NCBI RefSeq assembly: GCF_006345805.1
Contig: NC_043003.1
Span: forward strand, 54,808,001 to 54,872,000
Source: Octopus sinensis
Lineage: Eukaryota
Reading direction: 5' to 3'
DNA: 64,000 nt
Both the position numbers and the translations under genes were made by a program. The first letter of the stretch is position 1; every line of letters starts with the position of its first letter. Under the pieces are notes generated by a model that was not told the DNA's origin, ran no database searches, and saw nothing but the letters and a program-made list of their open reading frames with translations. Positions 1 to 12,361 of the stretch are shown piece after piece.

Positions 1-1183
1 TTTCTTAACAACTCTTTACGCAGGAACATCTACTTTACTGCATGAAGGGGTTATGCTGTATGTTGGGCCCTAAAGACCATGTCATCCGGAGAAACTTTCA
101 CCACATAAGTATTTTAATGTTTAAAAGCCTGGGAACCACATCAGGTCACACGCCCACTGCACTGCGCGAAGAGGTAGGAAAGGAAATAAATTATGTATCT
201 AAGACGATAGCCTCGAATCATCTTACGCCGACTCAAACAACGCCAGCTTGATTATCGCTAGTGGTATCGAATGAACAATAATAACAACAACGGTAATAAA
301 AACAACAGCTACAAAAGAAGCAACAGCAAAATAGCGACAACAACAACGACAGTAGACACAGCAGTGGCAGAGGCAACAACAATAAAATCATTGCACATAT
401 AAGAAGTTTCCCTGTATACTCTGCTGTTTATATGTATGGAGTTGGTGTTAACAACCCTTTAATATTCAGTGTGCTAGGACTGTGTTTTATTTGTGTACAG
501 ATTTTCCAATATCTGGGATTGTGATTTGTTACTAAAATATTTATTGGTAATCAATCCATGCCATGCTATTTGTTTTTTTTGTTTTTTTTTTCTTAACAAC
601 TCTTTACGCAGGAACATCTACTTTACTGCATGAAGGGGTTATGCTGTATGTTGGGCCCTAAAGACCATGTCATCCGGAGAAACTTTCACCACATAAGTAT
701 TTTAATGTTTAAAAGCCTGGGAACCACATCAGGTCACACGCCCACTGCACTGCGCGAAGAGGTAGGAAAGGAAATAAATTATGTATCTAAGACGATAGCC
801 TCGAATCATCTTACGCCGACTCAAACAACGCCAGCTTGATTATCGCTAGTGGTATCGAATGAACAATAATAACAACAACGGTAATAAAAACAACAGCTAC
901 AAAAGAAGCAACAGCAAAATAGCGACAACAACAACGACAGTAGACACAGCAGTGGCAGAGGCAACAACAATAAAATCATTGCACATATAAGAAGTTTCCC
1001 TGTATACTCTGCTGTTTATATGTATGGAGTTGGTGTTAACAAACCCTTTAATATTCAGTGTGCTAGGACTGTGTTTTATTTGTGTACAGATTTTCCAATA
1101 TCTGGGATTGTGATTTGTTACTAAAATATTTATTGGTAATCAATCCATGCCATGCTATTTGTTTTTTTGTTTTTTTTTTCTTA
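1..1183. repeat. Direct tandem duplication, 588-bp period (2 copies visible; may extend left of the window)
   Basis: 1-588 recurs at 589-1183 almost identically, and the ORFs at 42 and 630 are identical. Differences are limited to homopolymer lengths. Confidence 0.95.
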
Positions 1184-2015
1184 TTTTACAGTTTTCGATA
1201 ATTGGTCAAATCACCAGTAGCTGAACCTTCTGGTAATAAATTAATATCTAAGTAAAACAGGACAGACGAGGTAAAATGGATGTAAATCAAAGAAAAAACC
1301 TCAGCAAAAACAAAGTACGAAGATGATGACATTAAGGATATAGTTAAGGTCTTGCACGTATGATATAATGTGCTGAAAAATTCGATTACCTGAGATCCCA
1401 TCCAATTAGTAGACAAAAGCTCTTTCTCCGAGTATTTTCCTTTAAATTGAGAATCACAATATATTGTTTATAACTCTAATAAGATCAGCCAACCGGAAAT
1501 TTGGCATAATGAAGAAAATACAGATATGTGTAGTTTTTGTCTTTGAAGCTAAGAAAGGCAGCGGCCATATTTCAAGGTTATTGGATATTCTTAGCGAAGT
1601 CATGTTTTACCCAGTTGGCAAGACATAATGTGGCGATCATAAACAGAAGCAAAGGGAATATAATCACCGCGTTTAAGAGAATCAGCAATATTGAGGGAAA
1701 GTACCAAGGGAGAGTGTTCATCATGTTCATTACACATATATTAGCTTTCCCAAACGTAAAAATATGAGGTGAAACATTCGGTTATACACGCAATTAACTG
1801 AAAACGTTTCATTCAGGGTTGTCTAAATTTTTGAAACAAACAATCAAGGTAGGCAATATTTGGAAGCAGGCTGCTGGGACGAATTGTTGCCTCTGTCAGA
1901 TATTTATTGATGTTATAACACAGCGGGGTCATAAAATATAATCTATCAGGATATATGTTGCAGTAATTGGTCTATCGACAATGGGTGTACATTATGATAC
2001 AAAAATAGATTTTCC

Positions 2016-2052
<37 letters not shown>

Positions 2053-3626
2053 TACACATACATACACACACACACACAAACACACACACGCACACACACA
2101 TGATAGGCGTAGGCATGTCTGTTTTGTAAGAGGTTTACGACTTCGCCACAGCTTTCCGTGTTCAGTCATACTGCTTGGCACCTAGGGCACCATATTTTCG
2201 ACACACTCAAACATAAATTCCTTCAGAATGATCATGATAAAAGTTTACTTACCGTGTCAAATGTGTCATCTGAAGCACAGATTCTATGCAAGTGTAAAGC
2301 CAGCAGATTATATGCTTTCGTACATGTGATTGCTAAAGGATTTATGTAAAGAAATTGCAAAAATAAAGTACACTTAAATCTCTGTTTAACCAAAGCTAGA
2401 ATGAAGATTCGTTAGGGCATATTCTTGAACGACATGGGTTTAGTAGATCATCTGCAGAAAACATAATTCAACACACATACTACTTCTTTGTCCGACAAAT
2501 AAGTCAGTTTGTATTATGTAATAAATTTAATTGTATAGTTCCGGTTATGTTTGTTTTTATCCTATAAACTCTGCACTATTTTAAGGTCTCTATTGCATTT
2601 CTTGACTCTGAAAACAATGGATTGGTATATTCTGTTCAGTTTCTTGATGGGTTCTCCAGAAGCGTGATAGCGTAAGTTATGTATTTTACGGTGACCATTC
2701 TGTAAAATCCAAAATGGTCGTTGTGTACATATGTGGAAATGCGAAAATTAATTTTCGGCTTTTCCATGCACCAGTAATTCAAAGAAATGTGCAGGTTCGC
2801 TAATCTGCAAATATTTTGGACGAAATTATATTCATAATACAGTCAACCAAACAATAATAGATTTAGCCAATCCACCAATTTTCTACTCAAATCTTTCTGC
2901 TGTGTCTCTTACTTTCGTAGCAATAATGATAATGTAATTAGATAAAAGAAGCAAAGCTTTCAGATAAACAACAAAAGCAATCGTAAAATCAAAAACTAAA
3001 ACAATAAATCATATAATCAACGTCAATACCGCAACAATAACAAACACGCACACAAAAATATAAACAAACAACGCTCGCAAAAGCAATATCAAGCAGAAAA
3101 GCAAAATTAGGAGCAACAATAACTGCAGCACCAGTAATACAAACAACATTCACTGCACAACTACAATGATAAGAACAATAACAAGAACAACAATACTAAA
3201 ATCACTCCCACCACCTCTAGCACCAATAACAGTGGCATTATTATTTTTTTCTCCTCCCAGCATAACTTGAACAAAATTGCAGCATACCTTTAAGCGGAAA
3301 ATATCAACAGTCAAATACATCAATATGAAGACCATAAATATGAGGTAAATACCATAGCGATGACGATATCTTTACTACAGCTACAACCGACAAGAACAGA
3401 AAAGACTCTCATGTGATCGTTTGACCTATTAGAAATAACAGCTAAATATATACAAAGTCGTACCTACTTTTATGAAAATGAAGGCCAACTCTGAACAGTA
3501 GTAAATGAGGTATGGATGTTAAAACACTTAACACCCGATAACCGTGTTCACCGAGCTGAAAAGTTGTGCAATGCAGGAGCTGGAAGGAATCATCTGTCGT
3601 TGATAACGGATTCAGAGTTGATATAC

Positions 3627-3950
3627 TGTTGCACAGTTTAACAACATCTACTGATTACTGAGACAGTTAGATTTTTCTATGCAGGACATACTATCAATGC
3701 CTCTTGTAACGCAATTTGGTAGTACAGTAAATGAGACAACCAGACAACAGTAAAAACAATATAATGAACTAACAATCAGTATTCTTTGTGAACTAACCAA
3801 CCGACACCATCCGAATTCGCTGCAAACTAACTCGAACTTCACTCGACTCAGAACTCTGAACTCTCGAAATCACTCGGAATCGTTACTATTTATAATTTAC
3901 TTAGACCAGACTATCTTTCGCAAGGGGGCATCGTAAATCTCATCACAACA
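3627..3950 (-). mobile_element. 3' LTR of a Gypsy retrotransposon (~324 bp)
   Basis: TGTTG...CAACA termini (3627 tgttgcacag; catcacaaca 3950). On the minus strand it is immediately preceded by the polypurine tract AAAAAGGGAGA (3951-3961), downstream of the integrase. Confidence 0.8.
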
Positions 3951-4290
3951 TCTCCCTTTTTGCGATTTCGATTATTGTGAGAAATTGGAATTCATTTTCA
4001 TTTCCTTCCAGTTTTTCTCCCTCTTTTTTAATAGCTGTTGTATCTTAATTGTTGCCCGATTGTTAAGGTAGTATTGTTCGGTGCTCTCAGCACTTTTTCT
4101 TTTCGCTGTACTAAGCACTTTTGTTAGCATTCTCGTTTTTTTTTTGATTTCTAAATTTTAATATCTTTTTCGTTTAGGTATTACTTCAGATATTAAGTCT
4201 GTTTTCGTTTTCTGAAGCTAGTTCTACGGGGTTAGTATCTCTCGGTGCTGCCACTTCAAACATATAGAAGACTTCCATTCGTATTACACT

Positions 4291-6052
4291 TCATTCCATT
4301 GTATGTCTCATCTTTAACTGGTTAAGGTGTATCTTATGTTCCGAACGTTGTCTTTTAATCAAATACATCATGTTATCTAATCTTTTGATTACACAGCCAT
4401 GATCCCAACCTTCTTTACCATTCTTGTAATTTTTAAAATGAACTTCGGAATGTTTTGTGATATGTCTTCTATTTACTTCAAATGTATTCTTTGTCTTTCT
4501 TTTATATGTATATTTTCTCGGCAACAATTTATCGAAGATTGGTTTTATTTTACGCGCGAACATTAACTCTACTGGTGACTTCTCTGAATTAGTATTTGGA
4601 TTTAGCATTATTCTATATACTCTCAAAAATTTCGTTAGTGCCTCGTCATTATCTAGCTCGTACCTAGCTTTTCTTTGAACATAGCAACAAATCTTTCCGT
4701 CATCCCATTTTACCTGGGGTGGTAGGGCAAGGTAAAGATGTACTTTATGCCATGTATTTTTCAGAAAGTTCTTGATTCATATCTTGTGAACTGTATTCTA
4801 GTATTTGAAACTAACTTGTCTAGTACACCGTATCGAACAAATAACTCAGGTAGGAAATTTATTGTTTTCTTGGCTGTGGGTTTCTTACATCTGTATACAT
4901 CTGGTCACTTTGTATAGCTATCTACAACAATTAGCTATCTACACCATCGAAATGTACCCTAGACCACGTGCTGTCGGTCTCCCGCCACGATTGTTATTTT
5001 ACTGGTGGTGCTTTGGTTGCGAACGCGCAACCTCTAGATGCTTTCACCAATTTCTCGATGTCCCCGTCCATAGTCAGCCTATATACAAAGCTCCTCATTA
5101 CAGCTTTCATTCTGGACATTCCCGGGTACCCACAGTGGAATTCTTGCAATACTGGTTTCTATTGTGCACTTTATATTACTACTATCAGCGCGTACATTAA
5201 GACATCGTCGTATAGTGAGATATTATTTGAAGTTGTATTTTTATTATACTTATTTCGCAATGTTTCCTTCATTCTTGTTATATAACTATCCTCTACGGAT
5301 TTCATTTATATATGATGCACTGTCATCTGCATTTCCTGAATTATATTACACATGATACTACTTACTTCATTTTCTGACTGCAATGACGCTATCGCGGTGT
5401 CTTTTAGTGGTTTCACGGTCTATGGAAGTAGCCTCGATAAGCAGTCTGCATGACCAGTTTTCTTCGACGGAATATACTGCGTCATCTACTTGTATTTCAA
5501 TAATATTGTTCCCCAGCGTTGTAGGCGATTCGCTGTACGGGTAGGCAATCTCTGCTTTGATTAAAAAATTGATTGAAATGGTCAATGGTTTGTTTGTAAC
5601 GAATAATTCTATTATTTAGAAATTTGTGAGATTTTTTTACCGCGAAAATCGATAGAGCCTCCTTCTCTAACTGACTATACTTTCATCCTGCTGCTGTCAG
5701 CGAACGTGAAGCATGAAATACAGGCTTCATATTTCAATCTTTATACTTGTGTAGCAAAACTGCTCCTGTTCCATACTCCGAAGCATCAGATACTACAACA
5801 ATGTCCATTCTAGACTAGAAATGCGCCAGTGACGAGTCGGAAATTAGTATCTGCTTTATGTCTTTAAATGCGTTTTGGCACTCAACTGTAAAATTCCATT
5901 TTATTTCTCTCAATTTATGTATATTTGGAATATACTGGTGCACTCAATTTATGTATGTTTGGAATGTATTGTTGATAGTAATTTACTAGGCAAATGAAAG
6001 CTTGTAAAATCGGTATATTATTTGGATGAGACATATTCTTGATTGCGCCAAC
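4291..6052 (-). pseudogene. pol: Decayed Gypsy (Mag/K02A2.6-like) pol: RT thumb, RNase H, integrase; 5'-truncated
   Basis: Manual minus-strand translation gives VGAIKNMSHPNNIPILQAFICLVNYY (RT end); SDASEYGTGAVLLH...HASRSLT...YSQLEKEAL (RNase H); FHCGYPGMSRMK (integrase Zn finger); ELFVRYGVLDKLVSNTRIQFT...PYHPR*NGMTERFV (integrase core); SPVELMFARK (C-terminus). Multiple stops and frameshifts. Confidence 0.92.
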
Positions 6053-6329
6053 CCTCGGCTTAGATGTAACCTACCTAGATATGATCATCCATCACGAGCT
6101 GACCATTCACCTTTTCAGATTGATACCTTACTTAGGGGGTATGCTAAATGGTTAGGGCGGGCAACCATATTTGAAAAGGGCGGGTAACGATTGGAAAAAG
6201 AGTAAGTAACTGTTAGAGAAAAAAAGACGTACTGCAATTTCAGCGTAGAATAAAAATCGTTGTCATCTATAAGCGCACAAGGTTATTAAGTGTTGCAAAA
6301 TTCGTCATACGAGCTACGGCCTGGTCATT

Positions 6330-6665
6330 GGCAAGATCAGCCTGGCACTCTGTCGGTTATGTCGACTAATTTTCCACTTGATTCGATCTACAAAACAACT
6401 TGCACGAGTGTCCTATCACAGATACGTGTATCATTAACGTAGTTCTCGGGGATATTCAGAGTAACACAAGATAAGGCACAAGATGAGAGGTGGCAAAAAA
6501 ATCATTGTATCGTTGAATAAAACGTACAAACATTTCAGCTAGCTGGTTGGACTGGAGCAACGGAAAATAAATGTCTCGCTTAAGGATACAACGCACCGTC
6601 GTGTATCGAACTCTCGACCTTATTATCATGAGCCAAATGTACCAGCTGTTAAGATACGCACTTTC
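6330..6665 (-). mobile_element. Decayed tRNA-derived SINE
   Basis: The reverse complement has a tRNA-like head (B-box-like GAGTTCGATAC) followed by a degenerate TGTCCTTGAGCAAGACAC-type central motif. Confidence 0.6.
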
Positions 6666-6686
6666 AGACATGATTTGACGGTAGCA

Positions 6687-6732
<46 letters not shown>

Positions 6733-7252
6733 TATGCATGTACATTTTTGACTAATGGGTATATGTCATATATCGTGTTGAGTAAAGCACGTCTACAGTT
6801 TAGGCTACTTGGTGTTATACACAGTTGGGGTATATATATTCTGGATTTACATACGTCAGAGAAAATAATGATTTATGAAAAAAGGAAAAACAGAGGATAG
6901 ATTTAGCACTAATCTTTATTCAGTAAGACGATTCTTTTGACTCATCCTGCAACTGCCCGTAATGGGTAGGATTTTGTGCAGCTAATAGTGTTGCATCAAT
7001 CTGTGCAGTTTGTGTCACATCAGGTACATGCATACATATGCAGATGTCCCGCTAGAAATACTGAAATGTGCTAGGCATCGAACAACATACCTAGGACATC
7101 CCATTTTTATGCATATATCTAATGTGACTTAAACTGCACAGATTGATGCAGCACAATTGGATGCAAAAATTCCTACCCGTAACGGACAGTTGCTGGATGA
7201 GTCGAAATGATCGTCGTACTGATGTATATATATATATGTGCATGTGTGTGTG

Positions 7253-7294
<42 letters not shown>

Positions 7295-7299
<5 letters not shown>

Positions 7300-7603
7300 C
7301 AAAATGGGACAAGAACGCAAAACATTCGGACAGTTAGGTGATACAAAAACGGGACAACAAAACATCCAGATAGACGATACAAAGAAAACAAGGACGGGTC
7401 ATTCGAAATTTTCTTTGCACAGTCAATTACCAGATTATCTTCGCAATTTCGTCTGAATATACTCGAGATTGCTCCAATGTGGCCAGCCCCAAGGAAAAAC
7501 TAAGCTAAGAGCAATAGATTCCTTGGAAGAAAGCAGCGAATGTACACAAAAACAAGCACGGAATAAACGGACAATGTTACACAAATGAAATGCGTATGGA
7601 TCG

Positions 7604-7605
<2 letters not shown>
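7295..7605. repeat. Dispersed repeat (second copy at ~43165-43500), family unassigned
   Basis: The shared sequence caaaatgggacaagaac...ggaaaaactaagctaagagca...gattccttggaagaaag occurs at both loci, each flanked by microsatellite. Confidence 0.8.
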
Positions 7606-7639
<34 letters not shown>

Positions 7640-7758
7640 CAATTTAGGAATGGCCCAAACAGGCCATTCGTCCACCAGAAAGAGCAGCCAGAACTCCAAC
7701 CGCCAAGTAGTGTAATTCGGAAATAAGGTGAAAATTTAAAAACATTTACCCTAATTCA

Positions 7759-7859
7759 TCTTTTATACGATGCATCGTTTCAGTGTCTTTAATGATAGAC
7801 CAGCTTAATTAAATTAAATTAAGCTAGTCTACCATAGGTCACACTTCATCAGTAAAAGA
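7759..7859 (-). ncRNA. Type I hammerhead ribozyme, left-arm copy 1 (others at 8234-8334, 8703-8802, 9176-9276, 9649-9749, 10123-10223, 10597-10695)
   Basis: The minus strand reads TCTTTTA-CTGATGA-AGTGT..(hairpin)..ACACT-GAA-ACGATGCATCGT-A-TAAAAGA. This gives a 7-bp helix I, an intact core, helix II, palindromic helix III and a GUA cleavage triplet. Confidence 0.9.
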
Positions 7860-10800
7860 AACCTGGGAGAGACGGATATACACGAGGCGACTGTATCAAT
7901 GCCTCGGGAATATCTGTCTTAAAATTTTCAAGACCAACGCATTCGCGCCAAACTTATCGGCAGCAAATATAAACTGCCGATTCAATCTCAGAATTAGTCA
8001 GAAAATTATCAATTAATCAATTTAGGGTAGCAAAAAATTCAGTAAAAATTTATCGCTACCAGCGGCCTGGTGGAAAAGAGAAAATAGTCAAAGACTAAAT
8101 ATGTATAAATATAACAATTTAGGAATGGCCCAAACAGGCCATTCGTCCACCAGAAAGAGCAGCCAGAACTCCAACCGCCAAGTAGTGTAATTTGGAAATA
8201 AGGTGAAAATTTAAAAACATTTACCCTAATTCATCTTTTATACGATGCATCGTTTCAGTGTCTTTAATGATAGACCAGCTTAATTAAATTAAATTAAGCT
8301 AGTCTACCATAGGTCACACTTCATCAGTAAAAGAAACCTGGGAGAGACGGATATACACGAGGCGACTGTATCAATGCCTCGGGAATATCTGTCTTAAAAT
8401 TTTCAAGACAACGCATTCGCGCCAAACTTATCGGCAGCAAATATAAACTGCCGATTCAATCTCAGAATTAGTCAGAAAATTATCAATTAATCAATTTAGG
8501 GTAGCAAAAAATTCAGTAAAAATTATCGCTACCAGCGGCCTGGTGGAAAAGAGAAAATAGTCAAGACTAAATATGTATAAATATAACAATTTAGGAATGG
8601 CCCAAACAGCCATTCGTCCACCAGAAAGAGCAGCCAGAATCCAACCGCCAAGTAGTGTAATTCGGAAATAGGTGAAAATTTAAAAACATTTACCCTAATT
8701 CATCTTTTATACGATGCATCGTTTCAGTGTCTTTAATGATAGACCAGCTTAATTAAATTAATTAAGCTAGTCTACCATAGGTCACACTTCATCAGTAAAA
8801 GAAACCTGGGAGAGACGGATATACACGAGGCGACTGTATCAATGCCTCGGGAATATCTGTCTTAAAATTTTCAAGACCAACGCATTCGCGCCAAACTTAT
8901 CGGCAGCAAATATAAACTGCCGATTCAATCTCAGAATTAGTCAGAAAATTATCAATTAATCAATTTAGGGTAGCAAAAAATTCAGTAAAAATTTATCGCT
9001 ACCAGCGGCCTGGTGGAAAAGAGAAAATAGTCAAAGACTAATATGTATAAATATAACAATTTAGGAATGGCCCAAACAGGCCATTCGTCCACCAGAAAGA
9101 GCAGCCAGAACTCCAACCGCCAAGTAGTGTAATTCGGAAATAAGGTGAAAATTTAAAAACATTTACCCTAATTCATCTTTTATACGATGCATCGTTTCAG
9201 TGTCTTTAATGATAGACCAGCTTAATTAAATTAAATTAAGCTAGTCTACCATAGGTCACACTTCATCAGTAAAAGAACCTGGGAGAGACGGATATACACG
9301 AGGCGACTGTATCAATGCCTCGGGAATATCTGTCTTAAAATTTTCAAGACCAACGCATTCGCGCCAAACTTATCGGCAGCAAATATAAACTGCCGATTCA
9401 ATCTCAGAATTAGTCAGAAAATTATCAATTAATCAATTTAGGGTAGCAAAAAATTCAGTAAAAATTTATCGCTACCAGTGGCCTGGTGGAAAAGAGAAAA
9501 TAGTCAAAGACTAAATATGTATAAATATAACAATTTAGGAATGGCCTAAACAGGCCATTCGTCCACCAGAAAGAGCAGCCAGAACTCCCACCGCCAAGTA
9601 GTGTAATTCGGAAATAAGGTGAAAATTAAAAACATTTACCCTAATTCATCTTTTATACGATGCATCGTTTCAGTGTCTTTAATGATAGACCAGCTTAATT
9701 AAATTAAATTAAGCTAGTCTACCATAGGTCACACTTCATCAGTAAAAGAAACCTGGGAGAGACGGATATACACGAGGCGACTGTATCAATGCCTCGGGAA
9801 TATCTGTCTTAAAATTTTCAAGACCAACGCATTCGCGCCAAACTTATCGGCAGCAAATATAAACTGCCGATTCAATCTCAGAATTAGTCAGAAAATTATC
9901 AATTAATCAATTTAGGGTAGCAAAAAATTCAGTAAAAATTTATCGCTACCAGCGGCCTGGTGGAAAAGAGAAAATAGTCAAAGACTAAATATGTATAAAT
10001 ATAACAATTAGGAATGGCCCAAACAGGCCATTCGTCCACCAGAAAGAGCAGCCAGAACTCCAACCGCCAAGTAGTGTAATTCGGAAATAAGGTGAAAATT
10101 TAAAAACATTTACCCTAATTCATCTTTTATACGATGCATCGTTTCAGTGTCTTTAATGATAGACCAGCTTAATTAAATTAAATTAAGCTAGTCTACCATA
10201 GGTCACACTTCATCAGTAAAAGAAACCTGGGAGAGACGGATATACACGAGGCGACTGTATCAATGCCTCGGGAATATCTGTCTTAAAATTTTCAAGACCA
10301 ACGCATTCGCGCCAAACTTATCGGCAGCAAATATAAACTGCCGATTCAATCTCAGAATTAGTCAGAAAATTATCAATTAATCAATTTAGGGTAGCAAAAA
10401 ATTCAGTAAAAATTTATCGCTACCAGCGGCCTGGTGGAAAAGAGAAAATAGTCAAGACTAAATATGTATAAATATAACAATTTAGGAATGGCCCAAACAG
10501 GCCATTCGTCCACCAGAAAGAGCAGCCAGAACTCCAACCGCCAAGTAGTGTAATTCGGAAATAAGGTGAAAATTTAAAAACATTTACCCTAATTCATCTT
10601 ATACGATGCATCGTTTCAGTGTCTTTAATGATAGACCAGCTTAATTAAATTAAATTAAGCTAGTCTACCATAGGTCACACTTCATCAGTAAAAGAAACCT
10701 GGGAGAGACGGATATACACGAGGCGACTGTATCAATGCCTCGGGAATATCTGTCTTAAAATTTTCAAGACCACGCATTCGCGCCAAACTTATCGGCAGCA

Positions 10801-11055
10801 AATATAAACTGCCGATTCAATCTCAGAATTAGTCAGAAAATTATCAATTATCAATTTAGGGTAGCAAAAAATTCAGTAAAAATTTAGCGATAAATTGATT
10901 AATTGATAATTTTCTGACTAATTCTGAGATTGAATCGGCAGTTTATATTTGCTGCCGATAAGTTTGGCGCGAATGCGTTGGTCTTGAAAATTTTAAGACA
11001 GATATTCCCGAGGCATTGATACAGTCGCCTCGTGTATATCCGTCTCTCCCAGGTT

Positions 11056-11156
11056 TCTTTTACTGATGAAGTGTGACCTATGGTAGACTAGCTTAATTTA
11101 ATTTAATTAAGCTGGTCTATCATTAAAGACACTGAAACGATGCATCGTATAAAAGA
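11056..11156 (+). ncRNA. Type I hammerhead ribozyme, right-arm copy 1 (others at 11528-11628 and 12003-12103)
   Basis: Core CTGATGA at 11063-11069, GAAA at 11134-11137, predicted cleavage after A11149, helix I TCTTTTA/TAAAAGA. Confidence 0.9.
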
Positions 11157-12320
11157 TGAATTAGGGTAAATGTTTTTAAATTTTCACCTTATTTCCGAAT
11201 TACACTACTTGGCGGTTGGAGTTCTGGCTGCTCTTTCTGGTGGACGAATGGCCTGTTTGGGCCATTCCTAAATTGTTATATTATACATATTTAGTCTTTG
11301 ACTATTTTCTCTTTTCCACCAGGCCGCTGGTAGCGATAAATTTTTACTGAATTTTTTGCTACCCTAAATTGATTAATTGATAATTTTCTGACTAATTCTG
11401 AGATTGAATCGGCAGTTTATATTTGCTGCCGATAAGTTTGGCGCGAATGCGTTGGTCTTGAAAATTTTAAGACAGATATTCCCGAGGCATGATACAGTCG
11501 CCTCGTGTATATCGTCTCTCCCAGGTTTCTTTTACTGATGAAGTGTGACCTATGGTAGACTAGCTTAATTTAATTTAATTAAGCTGGTCTATCATTAAAG
11601 ACACTGAAACGATGCATCGTATAAAAGATGAATTAGGGTAAATGTTTTTAAATTTTCACCTTATTTCCGAATTACACTACTTGGCGGTTGGAGTTCTGGC
11701 TGCTCTTTCTGGTGGACGAATGGCCTGTTTGGGCCATTCCTAAATTGTTATATTTATACATATTTAGTCTTTGACTATTTTCTCTTTTCCACCAGGCCGC
11801 TGGTAGCGATAAATTTTTACTGAATTTTTTGCTACCCTAAATTGATTAATTGATAATTTTCTGACTAATTCTGAGATTGAATCGGCAGTTTATATTTGCT
11901 GCCGATAAGTTTGGCGCGAATGCGTTGGTCTTGAAAATTTTAAGACAGATATTCCCGAGGCATTGATACAGTCGCCTCGTGTATATCCGTCTCTCCCAGG
12001 TTTCTTTTATTGATGAAGTGTGACCTATGGTAGACTAGCTTAATTTAATTTAATTAAGCTGGTCTATCATTAAAGACACTGAAACGATGCATCGTATAAA
12101 AGATGAATTAGGGTAAATGTTTTTAAATTTTCACCTTATTTCCGAATTACACTACTTGGCGGTTGGAGTTCTGGCTGCTCTTTCTGGTGGACGAATGGCC
12201 TGTTTGGGCCATTCCTAAATTGTTATATTTATACATATTTAGTCTTTGACTATTTTCTCTTTTCCACCAGGCCGCTGGTAGCGATAAATTTTTACTGAAT
12301 TTTTTGCTACCCTAAATTGA

Positions 12321-12361
<41 letters not shown>

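Larger units (their letters stand above)
7636..12324. mobile_element. Tandem array of ~474-bp hammerhead-containing units (retrozyme/PLE-pLTR-like): ~7 copies, then ~3 inverted copies
   Basis: The unit start (aacaattt) recurs at 7638, 8113, 8585, 9055, 9529, 10003 and 10476. Orientation flips near 10886. The array is flanked by (TA)n on both sides and has no ORF of 60 aa or more. Confidence 0.9.

Noticed and set aside
1186-2900. Short ORFs and non-repetitive sequence as possible host exons
   Set aside because: No recognisable domain or consistent splice pair.
7636-12324. Interpretation as a CRISPR array or rDNA/snRNA cluster
   Set aside because: Units are identical along their full length with no unique spacers, no cas genes are present, and there are no rRNA or snRNA motifs.
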